This document shows, in pieces, positions 20,128 through 31,667 of a DNA stretch of 64,000 nt. Below the pieces are notes generated by a model. It did no database searches and had not been told where the DNA came from. It worked only from the letters and a program-made list of their open reading frames with translations. The stretch is from an uncultured Kiloniellales bacterium (GTDB lineage Bacteria; Pseudomonadota; Alphaproteobacteria; Kiloniellales; JAKSDN01): positions 1,447 to 65,446 of the forward strand of contig CAMYKD010000004.1 of NCBI GenBank assembly GCA_947258885.1, given 5' to 3'. Numbering within the stretch: the stretch's first letter is position 1; every line of letters starts with the position of its first letter. Both the position numbers and the translations under genes were made by a program.

Positions 20128-22692
20128 ATGACGACAAGCAAAGAGAAAAAACCCTTGAAGCTGAACCGGCCAGGCCGGCTCGAGCTCAAGAAGACCGTCG
20201 AGACGGGGCAGGTCCGGCAAAGCTTCAGTCATGGGCGCTCAAAAACGGTCATGGTCGAGGTTAAGCGCAAGCGCACCTTCGCGCCCGGGGCCGAAGGCCG
20301 CATGACCGAAGTTGTTGCCCCGCCCGCCGGAGTGGACCAGGCAGCCGGCACGACCGCGGTCGAAACGCTGGAAAGGAACTTCGAGGCCGCGGCGGAGGCG
20401 GTGCGCCATCTGACCGAACACGAGCGCGCGGCGCGACTGCACGCCTTGGAGAGCGCAAAGCTGGAGGAGGAGCAGCGTCGGGTGCAGGAGGCGGCCGAGG
20501 CCGCCCGCCTTGCCGAGGAGGAGGCCAAGCGCCAGGCCGAGGAAGCCGCCAAGCGCGAGGCCGAAGCCAAGGCCGAAGCGGTCGTCTCTCCAGAGGCGGC
20601 GGCGGCCCCCCCGACCCCAGAGACTGTGGCCGCGGAGATTGTTGTCCCCGAACCGGCCCGCGAGCCCACACCCCGGCCCGCCGCCGAAGCGAAGCCCGTC
20701 GGCAAATCCGACCTCGAAGAGGAGTTGGGCGGCCGCGTCAAACGCAAGTCGGCGGCACCCAAGCCGAGTCCGACGCGGCGCGGTCAGCAGCGCCGGCGCC
20801 ACGGCAAGCTCACCATTACCCAAGCGCTGGACGGGGGAGAGCGAGAGCGCGTGCGTTCGCTGGCCTCGGTCCGTCGGCGCCAGGAGAAGCTCCGCGCCGC
20901 GCAGGAACGACAGGCGCACCAGTTGCCGCACAAGGTCATTCGTGACGTGGTCGTGCCCGAGACGATCACGGTGCAGGAACTGGCCAATCGCATGGCCGAG
21001 CGCAGCACCGAGGTGATCAAGGCGCTGATGAAGATGGATGTGATGGCGACGATCAACCAACTGGTCGATGCCGATACCGCCGAGCTGGTGGTCGAGGAGT
21101 TCGGCCATCGATTCAAGCGTGTTGCCGCGTCGGATGTGGAACTGGGTTTGAAGGGAGCGCCGGACGAGGCAGGTAAACTGGCGCCGCGGCCGCCGGTCGT
21201 GACCATCATGGGCCATGTCGACCACGGCAAAACCTCGCTGCTGGACGCATTGCGCGAGACCGACGTTGCCGCGCACGAAGCCGGCGGCATCACCCAGCAC
21301 ATCGGTGCCTATCAGGTGATGCTCGGCTCCGGTGACAAGATTACCTTCATCGACACCCCGGGCCATGCCGCCTTTACCGAGATGCGTTCGCGCGGTGCCA
21401 ACGTGACCGACATCGTCGTCTTGGTCGTGGCCGCCGACGACGGGATCAAGGACCAGACGATCGAGGCCATCAACCACGCCAAGGCCGCCAAGGTGCCGAT
21501 CATCGTGGCGATCAACAAGATCGACAGGCCGGAGGCCGATTCCGACCGGGTCAAGCAGGGCCTGCTGCAGCACGACCTGGTGGTCGAGGACCTGGGCGGC
21601 GAGGTCCTGGCGATCGAGGTCTCGGCCAAGGAAAAGCAGAACCTGGACAAGCTGCAGGAAGCCATCCTTTTGCAGGCCGAACTACTCGAGCTGACGGCGA
21701 ACCCGATACGCAGCGCCGAGGGCATCGTCATCGAGGCCAAGGTCGAGCGCGGCCGCGGGTCCGTGGCCACGGTCCTGGTGCAGCGCGGGACGCTCAAGGT
21801 GGGCGACATCTTCGTGACCGGCAGCGAATGGGGCCGGGTGCGCGCACTGGTCAACGAGCGCGGGGAGAGCCTGGAAGAGGCGGGTCCCGCGGTGCCGGTC
21901 GAAGTTCTGGGCTTGAACGGCACGCCCTTCGCCGGCGACGATTTCGTGGTCGTCGAGAACGAAAGCCGCGCCCGCGAGATCGCCTCGTTCCGGGCCGGTG
22001 CCAAGCGCGACACCTCGATCGCAGCCCAGGGGCGCGGCAGCCTCGAGCAGATGTTGTCGAGGATCAAGGAGGGCGAAGTCAAGGAACTGCCCGTGGTCGT
22101 AAAATCCGACGTGCACGGCTCGCTCGAGGCGATCAACAGCAGCCTGGAGAAGATGGGCAACGAGGAAGTCAAGATCCGAGTGCTGCACGCCGCAGTCGGC
22201 GGTATCAACGAGTCGGACGTCACCCTGGCGAACGCAACCGGCGCGACGGTTATCGGTTTCAACGTGCGGGCCAACCCGCAGGCGCGGGACATGGCGCGCC
22301 GGGACAACGTGGATATCCGCTACTATTCGATCATCTACAATGTTCTGGATGACCTGAAGGCGGCGCTGTCCGGCCTGCTCGCACCGCAGCAGCGCGAGAA
22401 GTTCCTCGGGTACGCCGAGATCCGCGAGGTCTTCAATATTACCAAAGTCGGCAAGGTCGCCGGCTGCATGGTGACCGAGGGGCTGGTCAAGCGGGGCGCC
22501 AAGGTGCGCCTCCTGCGCGACGACGTGGTCATTCACGACGGTACGCTGAAAACCCTGCGCCGCTTCAAGGACGAGGTCAAGGAAGTCAAGGAAGGCTATG
22601 AGTGCGGCATGGCCTTCGAGAATTATCACGACATCCAGGCCGGCGACCGGATCGAATGCTACGAGGTCGAAGAGGTGGCCCGGGCCCTCTAG
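20128..22692 (+). CDS. infB: Translation initiation factor IF-2
   Basis: '[13 protein letters not shown]', G-domain '[12 protein letters not shown]', 'DTPGH', 'NKID', C-terminal 'GYECGM'. Confidence 0.98.
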   Translation: MTTSKEKKPLKLNRPGRLELKKTVETGQVRQSFSHGRSKTVMVEVKRKRTFAPGAEGRMTEVVAPPAGVDQAAGTTAVETLERNFEAAAEAVRHLTEHERAARLHALESAKLEEEQRRVQEAAEAARLAEEEAKRQAEEAAKREAEAKAEAVVSPEAAAAPPTPETVAAEIVVPEPAREPTPRPAAEAKPVGKSDLEEELGGRVKRKSAAPKPSPTRRGQQRRRHGKLTITQALDGGERERVRSLASVRRRQEKLRAAQERQAHQLPHKVIRDVVVPETITVQELANRMAERSTEVIKALMKMDVMATINQLVDADTAELVVEEFGHRFKRVAASDVELGLKGAPDEAGKLAPRPPVVTIMGHVDHGKTSLLDALRETDVAAHEAGGITQHIGAYQVMLGSGDKITFIDTPGHAAFTEMRSRGANVTDIVVLVVAADDGIKDQTIEAINHAKAAKVPIIVAINKIDRPEADSDRVKQGLLQHDLVVEDLGGEVLAIEVSAKEKQNLDKLQEAILLQAELLELTANPIRSAEGIVIEAKVERGRGSVATVLVQRGTLKVGDIFVTGSEWGRVRALVNERGESLEEAGPAVPVEVLGLNGTPFAGDDFVVVENESRAREIASFRAGAKRDTSIAAQGRGSLEQMLSRIKEGEVKELPVVVKSDVHGSLEAINSSLEKMGNEEVKIRVLHAAVGGINESDVTLANATGATVIGFNVRANPQARDMARRDNVDIRYYSIIYNVLDDLKAALSGLLAPQQREKFLGYAEIREVFNITKVGKVAGCMVTEGLVKRGAKVRLLRDDVVIHDGTLKTLRRFKDEVKEVKEGYECGMAFENYHDIQAGDRIECYEVEEVARAL

Positions 22693-22735
22693 GCTGGCCC
22701 GTTGGTGGCGATCGAACTTCAGTCGGAGACGGAAT

Positions 22736-23152
22736 ATGGTTCGGAGCCGGGGCGCGACCCCGAGCCTGCGTCAGTTGCGCGTCGGAGAGGAGCTGCGCCA
22801 CGCTTTGGTGCGCGTCCTGGGCCGCGGTTGCCTGGGCGATCCGGCCGTGGCCGAGGCCAACATAACGGTAACTGAAGTCAAGGTGAGCCCCGACCTGCGG
22901 AACGCCACGGTCTTCGTTACCCCGCTGGGAGGTGTGGATCTGCAGACGACCGTCAACACGCTGAACCGGGCGTCGCGCTTCCTGCGCGGCGAACTCGGCC
23001 GCGAAATCTCGTTACGCCATACGCCGCGTCTGACGTTCGCAGCGGATCTCTCATTCGATCACGCTGCGCGGATGGAGGGTCTTCTGGCGACCGCCCGGGT
23101 GCGCCGTGACGTGCCGCCCCCGGGCGATGAGGATGGGGGTCATGACGCGTAG
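22736..23152 (+). CDS. rbfA: Ribosome-binding factor A
   Basis: 'RQLRVGEELRHAL', 'ITVTEVKVSPDLRNATVFV', 'LRHTPRLTF'. Confidence 0.95.
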   Translation: MVRSRGATPSLRQLRVGEELRHALVRVLGRGCLGDPAVAEANITVTEVKVSPDLRNATVFVTPLGGVDLQTTVNTLNRASRFLRGELGREISLRHTPRLTFAADLSFDHAARMEGLLATARVRRDVPPPGDEDGGHDA

Positions 23153-24068
23153 ACGCCGCGGTAAATCGGTTAATGGCTGGATCGTCATCGACAAGCCGGC
23201 CGGCTTGACCTCCACCCGGGTCGTCGGCAGGGTCCGCCGGGCCCTCGACGCGAAGAAGGCCGGGCACGGCGGCACGCTGGACCCCCTTGCCACAGGCCTG
23301 CTGCCCATCGCGCTGGGCGAGGCGACCAAGACCGTCGCCTATGTCATGGAGGGCAAGAAAGCCTACCGCTTCACGCTGCGCTGGGGCCAGGCCACGAGCA
23401 CGGACGATGCCGAGGGCGAGGTGATCGAGGAGGGCAACCGGCGTCCGGACGCCGCCGAGATCGAGGAGGTGCTGCCTGGATATCTGGGAGTCATAGACCA
23501 GGTGCCGCCGACCTACTCGGCGGTCAAGATTGCCGGTCGGCGCGCCTACGACCTGGCCCGGACGGAGGCCGACTTCGAGCTTGGACCACGTCGAGTGCTG
23601 ATCGAGCGTCTCGAGCTGGTATCGCTGGACGACGCCGACCATGCGACTTTCGAGGTCCGCTGCGGAAAAGGGGCTTACATGAGGTCGCTGGCACGCGATA
23701 TCGGGAGGTCGCTGGACAGCCCAGCGCATATCGTCGTGCTGCGCCGGACAGCGGTCGGGCCCTTTTCCGAGCGCGATGCGATTTCGCTGGAATCTCTCGA
23801 TGCCCTGGGGCATAGTGCCGCCGCTTCTGAGCATCTGCTCCCGGTCGAGGCCGCGCTGGACGACATCCCGGCGTTGGACTTGACGGAAACCGAGGCGAAT
23901 TGCCTGCGTCGCGGCCAAGCAGTGTCTTTCATGGCGCGCGCTCACCGCGAGCGGGTCCGCGATCTCACAAGCGGGGCCACGATCTGCGCCATGTCGGCGG
24001 GCAGGCCGGTGGCGTTGGCCCGTTTCGAGGGCGGCGGAATTCGTCCGGTGCGGGTCTTGAATCTTTAA
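23142..24068 (+). CDS. truB: tRNA pseudouridine(55) synthase
   Basis: 'IDKPAGLTS', 'KAGHGGTLDPLATG', 'QVPPTYSAVK', 'CGKGAYMRSLARD'. Confidence 0.97.
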   Translation: MTRRRRGKSVNGWIVIDKPAGLTSTRVVGRVRRALDAKKAGHGGTLDPLATGLLPIALGEATKTVAYVMEGKKAYRFTLRWGQATSTDDAEGEVIEEGNRRPDAAEIEEVLPGYLGVIDQVPPTYSAVKIAGRRAYDLARTEADFELGPRRVLIERLELVSLDDADHATFEVRCGKGAYMRSLARDIGRSLDSPAHIVVLRRTAVGPFSERDAISLESLDALGHSAAASEHLLPVEAALDDIPALDLTETEANCLRRGQAVSFMARAHRERVRDLTSGATICAMSAGRPVALARFEGGGIRPVRVLNL

Positions 24069-24086
24069 CGTTAGGGAACGATCACG

Positions 24087-24356
24087 ATGTCGATCACCGC
24101 TGAGCGGAAAAACGAGGTTATTAACGAATTTGCGACCCACGTAGGCGATACCGGGTCGCCCGAAGTCCAGGTGGCGATCCTGACCGAACGGATCACAAAC
24201 CTGACCGAACACCTGAAGACGCACAAAAAAGATTTTCACTCACGCCGCGGCCTGTTGATCATGGTCGGGCAGCGCCGGCGAATGCTGGACTACCTGAAGC
24301 GCAAGGAGAAGCCGCGTTACGACGTCTTGATCCAACGCTTGGGCCTGCGTCGATAA
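24087..24356 (+). CDS. rpsO: 30S ribosomal protein S15
   Basis: '[13 protein letters not shown]', '[12 protein letters not shown]', 'LGLRR'. Confidence 0.98.
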   Translation: MSITAERKNEVINEFATHVGDTGSPEVQVAILTERITNLTEHLKTHKKDFHSRRGLLIMVGQRRRMLDYLKRKEKPRYDVLIQRLGLRR

Positions 24357-24612
24357 CGAGAGGCGCTGCACGTGTCCGGGACCAGCCAGCGCTGGACCGC
24401 CGGGCGCGGCCAAGAGCAGGTGTGGGTGATCTCCATCGAAACGCGAAATCAAGGACCCGATTGCGTACAGGCCGGTGCGATCGGGCGAGACGGCCGGGCC
24501 GACGAAAGGGGCGCGGCGGCCGGGGAACTGTGTTTTCCCGAGCGCCGCGACCGCGCCTTTTTCGCGGGTCCGGCTATGGCAAGACGGCCGAGGTTGGAAG
24601 GACCAAAACGGT

Positions 24613-26727
24613 ATGTTTAATATCTATCGCAAGGAAATCGACTGGGGCGGGCGCCCGTTGGTGCTCGAGTCCGGACGAATTGCCCGGCAGGCCGATGGCG
24701 CGGTCGTCGTCACCTATGGCGATACGGTGGTGCTCTGCACCGCTGTCGGCGCCAAAGAACCGCGGGAGGGCATCGACTTCTTCCCGCTCACCGTGAACTA
24801 CCAGGAGAAGACGTTTGCCGCCGGCAAGATTCCGGGCGGCTTTTTCAAGCGCGAGGGCCGGCCGTCAGAGAAGGAGACCCTGACCTCCCGGCTCATCGAC
24901 CGTCCGATCCGGCCGCTTTTCGCCAAGGGCTATCGGAATGAAACCCAGGTCATCTGCACCGTGCTCAGCCACGACCTGGAGAACAATCCCGACATTGCGG
25001 CCATGGTCGGTACTTCGGCGGCCCTGACCCTTTCAGGCCTGCCGTTCCTCGGGCCGATCGGCGGTTGCCGGGTCGGGTACAAGGACGGCGAATATCTGCT
25101 CAATCCGCGACAGGACGAGCTCCCATCCACCCAACTGGATCTGATTGTGGCCGGCACCCGCGAGGGTGTGCTGATGGTCGAGTCCGAGGCTCAGGAACTC
25201 TCCGAAGAGGTCATGCTGGGCGCGGTCACGTTCGGCCACGAACAGATGCAGCCGGTGATCGACCTCATCATCAGCCTGGCCGAGGACTGCGCCAAGGAGC
25301 CTTTGGATGTCCCCGCGCCGGCGCCCGAGATCGAGGCCGTGCGCGAAAGGCTGAGCCGGGGGATCGCCGCACAGCTCGCCGAGGCCTATCAGGAGCCTGA
25401 CAAGATGCTGCGCCACGAGAAAGTCGGGGCAGCCAAGGAAGCCGGGTTTGAATTGCTGGGCGACGACGCGGCCGCGGTCGCGGTTGCGCCCGGCGTCCTC
25501 AAGGCCCTGGAAAGCGAGATCGTCCGCGGGAACATCCTCAAGACCCGCAAGCGTATCGATGGCCGCACGACCGCGGACGTGCGCCCGATCGTCTGCGAGG
25601 TCGGCGTGCTGCCGCGTACCCACGGGTCGGCGTTGTTCACCCGCGGCGAGACACAGGCTCTGGTCACCACCACGCTGGGCACCGGTCAGGACGAACAGAT
25701 CATCGATGCCTTGGAAGGCGACTACCGGGAATACTTCATGCTGCACTACAACTTTCCGCCCTATTCCGTCGGTGAGGCCAAGCGCATGATCCCGCCGGGA
25801 CGGCGCGAGGTGGGTCATGGCAAGCTGGCGTGGCGCGCAGTGCGGCCGGTGTTGCCGAACAAGGAGGACTTTCCCTACACCATCCGCGTGGTCTCCGAGA
25901 TTACCGAGTCCAACGGCTCCTCCTCCATGGCCACGGTCTGCGGGTCGTCGCTGGCGCTGATGGATGCCGGTGTGCCCTTGTCCCGGCCGATCGCCGGCAT
26001 CGCCATGGGCCTGATCAAGGAAGACGACGACTTTGCCGTGCTGTCCGACATTCTGGGCGACGAGGACCACCTGGGAGACATGGACTTCAAGGTGGCCGGT
26101 ACGGACCAAGGGGTGACCTCGCTGCAGATGGATATCAAGATCACCTCGATCACCGCCGAAATCATGCAAATCGCCCTGAACCAAGCCCGCGAGGGTCGCC
26201 TTCACATCCTGAACGAGATGGCCAAGGCACTCACCAGTGCGCGCGAGGGTGTCTCGGAGAACGCGCCGCGTATCACCGTGATCTCCATCCCACGCGAGAA
26301 GATTCGCGAGGTGATCGGCACGGGCGGCAAGGTGATCCGCGAGATCACCGAGACCACGGGCGCCAAGATCGACATTGAGGACGACGGGACGATCAAGGTG
26401 GCGGCCGTGGACCAGGATCAGGCTCAGCAGGCGATCGACTGGATCAAATCGATCACCGCCGAACCGGAGGTGGGCGAGATCTATTCCGGCAAGGTAGTCA
26501 AGGTCGTGGACTTCGGCGCCTTCGTGAACTTCCTGGGACCTCGCGACGGCTTGGTGCATATCAGCGAATTGGCGCCCCACAGGGTCAAGACGGTCGGCGA
26601 GATCGTCCAGGAAGGTGATACGGTGAAGGTGAAATGCATCGGCATCGACGATCGCGGCAAGGTCAAGCTGTCCATGAAGGCAGTCGACCAGGCGACCGGG
26701 CAGGATCTGCAGGCGGCGGCCGGCTAG
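24613..26727 (+). CDS. pnp: Polyribonucleotide nucleotidyltransferase
   Basis: '[11 protein letters not shown]', '[11 protein letters not shown]', 'SNGSSSMA', '[13 protein letters not shown]', KH and S1 domains. Confidence 0.98.
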   Translation: MFNIYRKEIDWGGRPLVLESGRIARQADGAVVVTYGDTVVLCTAVGAKEPREGIDFFPLTVNYQEKTFAAGKIPGGFFKREGRPSEKETLTSRLIDRPIRPLFAKGYRNETQVICTVLSHDLENNPDIAAMVGTSAALTLSGLPFLGPIGGCRVGYKDGEYLLNPRQDELPSTQLDLIVAGTREGVLMVESEAQELSEEVMLGAVTFGHEQMQPVIDLIISLAEDCAKEPLDVPAPAPEIEAVRERLSRGIAAQLAEAYQEPDKMLRHEKVGAAKEAGFELLGDDAAAVAVAPGVLKALESEIVRGNILKTRKRIDGRTTADVRPIVCEVGVLPRTHGSALFTRGETQALVTTTLGTGQDEQIIDALEGDYREYFMLHYNFPPYSVGEAKRMIPPGRREVGHGKLAWRAVRPVLPNKEDFPYTIRVVSEITESNGSSSMATVCGSSLALMDAGVPLSRPIAGIAMGLIKEDDDFAVLSDILGDEDHLGDMDFKVAGTDQGVTSLQMDIKITSITAEIMQIALNQAREGRLHILNEMAKALTSAREGVSENAPRITVISIPREKIREVIGTGGKVIREITETTGAKIDIEDDGTIKVAAVDQDQAQQAIDWIKSITAEPEVGEIYSGKVVKVVDFGAFVNFLGPRDGLVHISELAPHRVKTVGEIVQEGDTVKVKCIGIDDRGKVKLSMKAVDQATGQDLQAAAG

Positions 26728-26853
26728 GCCACCGCTCGGCCCTTGCTTGACCACGGCAGGGCGCACTGATCCGCTTCCGCCGGGCGGCCACAAAGCGGGC
26801 CGCCCGGTTTCACGAGTCCCGGCCCGGCGGACCGTCTCGTCCTTGGAGGTGGC

Positions 26854-27642
26854 ATGTACCTTGAACTGCCGCGCGTGATGGGCCATCGCGGCGCGGCCGC
26901 CTGGGCGCCGGAGAACACGCTCGCCTCGATCCAGAAGGCCGCCGACCTGGGGGCCACCTGGGTCGAGTTCGACGTCATGCTGACCGGCGACGGCCGGCCG
27001 GTCCTGTTCCACGATGACAACTTGAAACGGCTGACCGGCGTGGACGCCCTGATGGCCCGGACGCCCTACAGCCGGGTCAAGGGGCTCGATGCCGGCCGCT
27101 GGTTCTCGCCGGATTTCGCCGGCGAGCCCGTGCCCACCCTCGATGCGGCGCTGGATCTCGTGTGGGACCTGGGCCTCGGCGCCAATATCGAGATAAAATC
27201 GACGCCGGGGCGCGATGTGGAGACCGCCAAGGCCACACTGGATGTGGTCGCCGCCGGACTCGGCCGGAGACGGCGGCCGCCGATGATCAGCAGCTTCAGC
27301 CGGATGAGCCTGGCCGTGGCGCGAGTGTTGCGGCCGGACTGGCCACGTGCGCTCATCGCTTTCAAGGTCCCGTCCGATTGGCAGACGGCGCTCGAGGCCC
27401 TTGGCTGCGCCTCGTTTCATCTCAGCAGCAAGGTTCTGAACCCGCCGTTCGTGGCCGAGATCAAGCGTGCCGGCTACCGGGTGGCGGCCTTCACGGTCAA
27501 CCAGAAGCGGCGCGCGCGCGAACTGATCGCATGCGAGGTCGATTGCCTGATTAGCGATGCCCCGGACAGGATTGCATCGGCGATCATCCCCCTCGACGGA
27601 GAAAACGGTCCGGTCTCAGCCGTCCGCCAGGCGGGCCGGTGA
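26854..27642 (+). CDS. ugpQ: Glycerophosphodiester phosphodiesterase (UgpQ-like)
   Basis: 'GHRGAAAWAPENTL', 'VEFDV', 'HDDNL', 'NIEIK', 'ISSF', 'FTVN'. GGAGG RBS. Confidence 0.9.
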   Translation: MYLELPRVMGHRGAAAWAPENTLASIQKAADLGATWVEFDVMLTGDGRPVLFHDDNLKRLTGVDALMARTPYSRVKGLDAGRWFSPDFAGEPVPTLDAALDLVWDLGLGANIEIKSTPGRDVETAKATLDVVAAGLGRRRRPPMISSFSRMSLAVARVLRPDWPRALIAFKVPSDWQTALEALGCASFHLSSKVLNPPFVAEIKRAGYRVAAFTVNQKRRARELIACEVDCLISDAPDRIASAIIPLDGENGPVSAVRQAGR

Positions 27643-28422
27643 CGGGATGCCGATCACGTTGTAGCCGGCATCGACGTGATGCACCTCGCCCGTTACGCCG
27701 AGCGACAGGTCCGACAGCAGATAGAGCCCGGCCGCGCCGACCTCGGTCAGCAGCACGTTGCGCCTCAGTGGCGCGTGGTCCTGGTTCCAGCGGTACACGA
27801 AGCGGGCGTCGGCGATCGCCGAACCGGCGAGCGTGCGCATGGGGCCGGCCGAGATCGCATTGACCCTGACACCCTGGGCGCCCAGGTCGGCCGCCAGGTA
27901 GCGCACGCTGGCCTCGAGCGCCGCCTTGGCCACGCCCATGACGTTGTAGTTCGGCGTGACCCGCTCGGCGCCAAGATACGACAGGGTGACCAGACTGCCG
28001 CCCTCGGCCATTAGCGGCTGGGCGCGCCGGGCCAGCGCCGTAAACGAAAAGCAGGAGATCGCGAGCGTGCGGGCGAAATTGCCGCGGGTCGTGTTCAGAT
28101 AGCGGCCCTTCAACTCCTCCTTGTCCGAGTAGGCGATGGCGTGCACCAAGAAGTCCAGTTTGCCCCAGGCCTTGTCGATCTCCTCGAAGACCCGGTCGAT
28201 CGTATCGTCGTCCTCGACGTCGCAAGGCAGGACTAGGTTCGACCCGACCGAGCCGGCCAGGGGTCGAACACGTTTTCCGAAGGCTTCGCCCTGATAGGTG
28301 AACGCCAGCTCGGCCCCTTCGGCACGGAGCGCGGTCGCAATGCCCCATGCGATCGAATGGTCGTTCGCAACTCCCATGACGAGCCCGCGTTTGCCCGCCA
28401 TCAATGCCGAATTGACGCTCAC
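27616..28422 (-). CDS. fabI: Enoyl-ACP reductase FabI
   Basis: 'GLVMGVANDHSIAWGIA', 'YNVMGVAKAALE', 'NAISAGPMRTLA', 'HHVDAG'. Start is GTG 28422 or ATG 28401. Confidence 0.96.
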   Translation of the reverse strand: MSVNSALMAGKRGLVMGVANDHSIAWGIATALRAEGAELAFTYQGEAFGKRVRPLAGSVGSNLVLPCDVEDDDTIDRVFEEIDKAWGKLDFLVHAIAYSDKEELKGRYLNTTRGNFARTLAISCFSFTALARRAQPLMAEGGSLVTLSYLGAERVTPNYNVMGVAKAALEASVRYLAADLGAQGVRVNAISAGPMRTLAGSAIADARFVYRWNQDHAPLRRNVLLTEVGAAGLYLLSDLSLGVTGEVHHVDAGYNVIGIPSPARLADG

Positions 28423-28534
28423 GTCAGCGTTCCATCCTTTATCTCTTGCGCCAGGACTCGTCGCCCGGTCCGGGTCGACGGCCAAGTGCTCCGGGTGCCC
28501 ACGGCCGCTGCGTGTCTCATTGACCCCTCCCGGT

Positions 28535-29755
28535 TCACGGTTCGTAGCGCTTGAGGGCCAGCGAAGCGTTGGTGCCGCCGAAGCCGAAGCTATTGGAAAC
28601 GGCACAGTTGAGTTCGACATCGTCCTCGCGCTCGCGCACGATCGGCATGCCTTCGCCCTCCGGATCCAACTCGTCGATATTGGCGGAGGCGGCGATAAAT
28701 CTGTGCTCCATCATGAGCAGGGAATAGATCGCCTCGTTGACGCCCGCGGCGCCCAAGGCGTGGCCGGTCAGGGACTTGGTCGAATTGATCTTTGGCAGGT
28801 CCGCCCCAAAGACCTCCTTGATCGCCTTGAGTTCGACGGTGTCGCCGATCGGGGTCGAGGTGCCATGGGTATTGATGTAGTCGACCGGCGTGTTGCCGAG
28901 CGACTGGATGGCCATCTTCATGCAGCGCACGGCCCCTTCACCCGATGGCTGGACCATATCGTAGCCGTCGGACGTGGCGCCGTAACCGACCAGCTCGGCA
29001 TAGATCTTGGCGCCGCGCGCCAACGCGTGGTCCAGTTCCTCGAGCACGACCACGCCGCCACCGCCCGAAATGACGAAGCCGTCGCGCCCGACGTCGAATG
29101 CGCGCGAGGCCCGGGTCGGCGAATCGTTGTAGCCTGAAGACAGCGCCGGCATTGCGTCGAAAAGGACCGACGCGGTCCAATACAGCTCCTCGCCACCGCC
29201 AGCAAAGACGATGTCCTGCTTGCCCAGCTGAATCAGCTCCATGCCGTTGCCGATGCAATGGGTGCTGGTGGCGCAGGCCGAGGTGATGGAATAGTTGACG
29301 CCCTTGATCCTGAAGGGGACCGCGAGTGTCGCCGAGTTGGTGTTCGACATGACGCGCGGCACCATGAAGGGGCCGACCCTGCGCGGCCCCTTTTCCCGCG
29401 CCGTCGCGAAGGCGTGGGACAAGTCCTTGGTCGAATTGCCGCCCGATCCCATGATGAGGCCGGTCCGCTCGTTCGAGACCTCGGAGCTCTCCAGGCCGGC
29501 GTCGCCGATCGCCTCATTCATGGCGATGTAGTTGAAGGCTGCGCCGTCACCCATGAAGCGACGCAATTTGCGGTCCAAGACGGACTCGATGTCGAGCTTG
29601 ATCGACCCGTGGACGTGGCTGCGGAAGCCGAGTTCGGCATACTCCTCCGCACGCTCGATTCCCGATCGGCCGGCCTTCAGCGAGTCCAGCACCTCGTGCT
29701 TGTTGTTGCCGATGCTCGACACGATGCCGACACCCGTGACGACCACGCGTCGCAT
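28535..29755 (-). CDS. fabB: Beta-ketoacyl-ACP synthase I
   Basis: '[13 protein letters not shown]', active-site 'SACATS', 'HGTST', 'KSLTGH', '[10 protein letters not shown]'. Confidence 0.96.
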   Translation of the reverse strand: MRRVVVTGVGIVSSIGNNKHEVLDSLKAGRSGIERAEEYAELGFRSHVHGSIKLDIESVLDRKLRRFMGDGAAFNYIAMNEAIGDAGLESSEVSNERTGLIMGSGGNSTKDLSHAFATAREKGPRRVGPFMVPRVMSNTNSATLAVPFRIKGVNYSITSACATSTHCIGNGMELIQLGKQDIVFAGGGEELYWTASVLFDAMPALSSGYNDSPTRASRAFDVGRDGFVISGGGGVVVLEELDHALARGAKIYAELVGYGATSDGYDMVQPSGEGAVRCMKMAIQSLGNTPVDYINTHGTSTPIGDTVELKAIKEVFGADLPKINSTKSLTGHALGAAGVNEAIYSLLMMEHRFIAASANIDELDPEGEGMPIVREREDDVELNCAVSNSFGFGGTNASLALKRYEP

Positions 29756-29765
29756 GGGCGATTCC

Positions 29766-30284
29766 CTAAGCCGCTTCCGGCGGGGTGAACAGGCCGACCT
29801 TCAAGTCCTTCGCCTGGTAGACGGTCTCCCCGTCCACCTTTATGATACCGTCGGCGATGCCGAGCACGAGTTTGCGCATGATCACGCGTTTCAGGTTGAC
29901 TTGGTAAATCGCCTTCTTGGCCGTCGGAAAAATCTGGCCCATCAGCTTGACCTCGCCGACCCCCAAGGCGCGGCCCCGTCCGGGCGCCCCAAGCCAACCC
30001 AGGAAGAAGCCGAGCAGTTGCCACAGGGCGTCCAGGCCCAGACAACCCGGCATCACCGGATCGTTCTCGAAGTGCCCTTCGAAGAACCAGAGATCGGGCT
30101 TGATATCGAGCTCGGCAACGATTTCGCCCTTGCCGTGCTCGCCACCCTCGGCGCTGACCCTGGTGATGCGATCGACCATTAGCATGGGGGGCAGCGGCAA
30201 CTGGGCATTGCCCGGACCAAAGAGCTCGCCATGGGCGCACTGCAACAGGTCCTCGTAGCTAAAGCTGCCTTTTCGTATTGTCAC
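29766..30284 (-). CDS. fabA: 3-hydroxyacyl-ACP dehydratase/isomerase FabA
   Basis: '[18 protein letters not shown]', '[18 protein letters not shown]', 'GRALGVG'. GTG start inferred. Confidence 0.96.
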   Translation of the reverse strand: MTIRKGSFSYEDLLQCAHGELFGPGNAQLPLPPMLMVDRITRVSAEGGEHGKGEIVAELDIKPDLWFFEGHFENDPVMPGCLGLDALWQLLGFFLGWLGAPGRGRALGVGEVKLMGQIFPTAKKAIYQVNLKRVIMRKLVLGIADGIIKVDGETVYQAKDLKVGLFTPPEAA

Positions 30285-30531
30285 GGATCCCCGCTTCACC
30301 GCCCAGGTGGAGTCACAGCATACCGCAGCGCAGGACATCCATCCGGCACCGTCCCTGACCGGACTATAGCATCAGGTGCTGGCTGTGCAAGCAACGGCGA
30401 AGTCGAGGAAGACACACGAAACGCACATGGCGGGCTGATCTCCCCCTCTGTGCTTTAAACAAGTTCCAAGAAAATCCCCAAGAGGCTGTTTTAGCCCTTC
30501 TATCCGCACCGTAATTGACTATATTGGCATC

Positions 30532-30960
30532 ATGGCAAGCGACCGTCCCTACAGCTCGATCATCGAACGTCTGAAGAACGCCGGTCTGCGCCCGACGCGC
30601 CAACGTCTGGCGCTGGCCAAGCTGTTGTTCGAAAAGGGAAACCGGCACCTTACCGCCGAGCATCTGCATGGCGAGGCGAGCGCCGCCAACGTGCGCATTT
30701 CGCTGGCCACGGTGTACAACGCCCTGCACCAGTTCACGGCCGCTGGCCTGCTGCGCGAGGTCGTGGTCGAGCCGGGCCGCTCCTACTTCGACACCAATGT
30801 TGAGGAGCACCACCACTTCTATCGCGAAGACACGTGCGGGCTCGAAGACATTCCGGGCGAACACCTCCAAGTCGGCGACCTGCCCGCGCCGCCCGCGGGC
30901 ACCAGCGTGACCCGCGTCGACGTGGTTATCAGGGTCAAGTCGGATCAGGGTAGCACGTAA
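30532..30960 (+). CDS. irr: Iron response regulator Irr (Fur family)
   Basis: 'GLRPTRQRLALA', 'RHLTAE', 'SLATVYNALHQF', 'YFDTN', HHH heme-binding motif, 'VDVVIRV'. Divergent from fabA, the conserved irr position. Confidence 0.9.
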   Translation: MASDRPYSSIIERLKNAGLRPTRQRLALAKLLFEKGNRHLTAEHLHGEASAANVRISLATVYNALHQFTAAGLLREVVVEPGRSYFDTNVEEHHHFYREDTCGLEDIPGEHLQVGDLPAPPAGTSVTRVDVVIRVKSDQGST

Positions 30961-30981
30961 ACTCAGGGCATTATGTTATTT

Positions 30982-30998
30982 TCTAGAATCGTTCTAAG
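30982..30998. promoter_or_regulatory. Iron control element (ICE, Irr box)
   Basis: TCTAGAA-TCG-TTCTAAG, a 12/14 match to TTTAGAA-N3-TTCTAAA, 3 bp upstream of a TTGACA -35 (31002-31007) in front of the rubrerythrin gene. Confidence 0.75.
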
Positions 30999-31120
30999 CT
31001 ATTGACAGCGGTCGTGGCTTAGGCTATCTATCATTATCGAGGGGACGGAACCGCCGTCCCGCGGCAGGATTTCTGCCATCATTCGCAAACGAGCCTCAAA
31101 GACATTAGGGAGAAAGAGCG

Positions 31121-31543
31121 ATGCCCGCGTTAAAGGGGAGCAAGACCGAACAGAACTTGAAGGACGCATTTTCTGGCGAGAGCCAAGCCAACCGGCGTTA
31201 CCTGTATTTCGCCCAAAAGGCGGACGTCGAGGGCTACAACGACATCGCCGCCGTGTTCCGCTCCACCGCTGAGGGCGAGACCGGTCATGCCCACGGCCAC
31301 CTGCAGTACCTCGAAGAGGTCGGCGATCCGGCGACCGGCGAGCCGATCGGCGCGACCGATGCCAACTTGAAGGCGTCGATTGCCGGTGAGACGCACGAAT
31401 ATACCGATATGTACCCAGGCATGGCGCGCAGCGCCCGCGAGGAGGGCTTCGACGAGATCGCCGACTGGTTCGAGACCTTGGCCAAGGCCGAGAAGAGCCA
31501 CGCCGGGCGCTTCCAGAAGGCCCTGGAGACCATGAACGACTGA
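31121..31543 (+). CDS. Short rubrerythrin without a rubredoxin domain
   Basis: '[13 protein letters not shown]', 'GETGHA', '[11 protein letters not shown]', 'AEKSHA' diiron ExxH ligands; no C-terminal CxxC. Confidence 0.93.
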   Translation: MPALKGSKTEQNLKDAFSGESQANRRYLYFAQKADVEGYNDIAAVFRSTAEGETGHAHGHLQYLEEVGDPATGEPIGATDANLKASIAGETHEYTDMYPGMARSAREEGFDEIADWFETLAKAEKSHAGRFQKALETMND

Positions 31544-31667
31544 CCGGGTCAGACCGAACTCTCGAGGTTCGCTCGATCCGAAAATGCGGGTCAGGCCAGG
31601 GCATTGCTTCGCCCTGGCCGCGCGCCCGGTTCGTTTGTCCCTTTCTCAAAAGTCAGAGGAAAAAGCC

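Noticed and set aside
20430-20720. Repetitive Glu/Ala/Pro-rich DNA in infB
   Set aside because: This is the normal low-complexity IF-2 N-terminal linker, not a repeat element.
24357-24612. Structured rpsO-pnp spacer as a novel ncRNA
   Set aside because: Structured pnp leaders processed by RNase III are expected. No independent promoter or terminator is evident.
25033-27420. 795-aa antisense ORF over pnp/ugpQ, and similar long ORFs at 38175-40808, 52772-54952, 49110-50618, 20239-21573 and 62199-63614
   Set aside because: These are shadow ORFs opposite well-conserved genes, expected from high-GC codon bias. They have no recognisable motifs.
27616-27642. Convergent 3' overlap of ugpQ and fabI (also gyrB/GNAT at 55837-55840)
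   Set aside because: Short tail-to-tail overlaps are common in GC-rich genomes.
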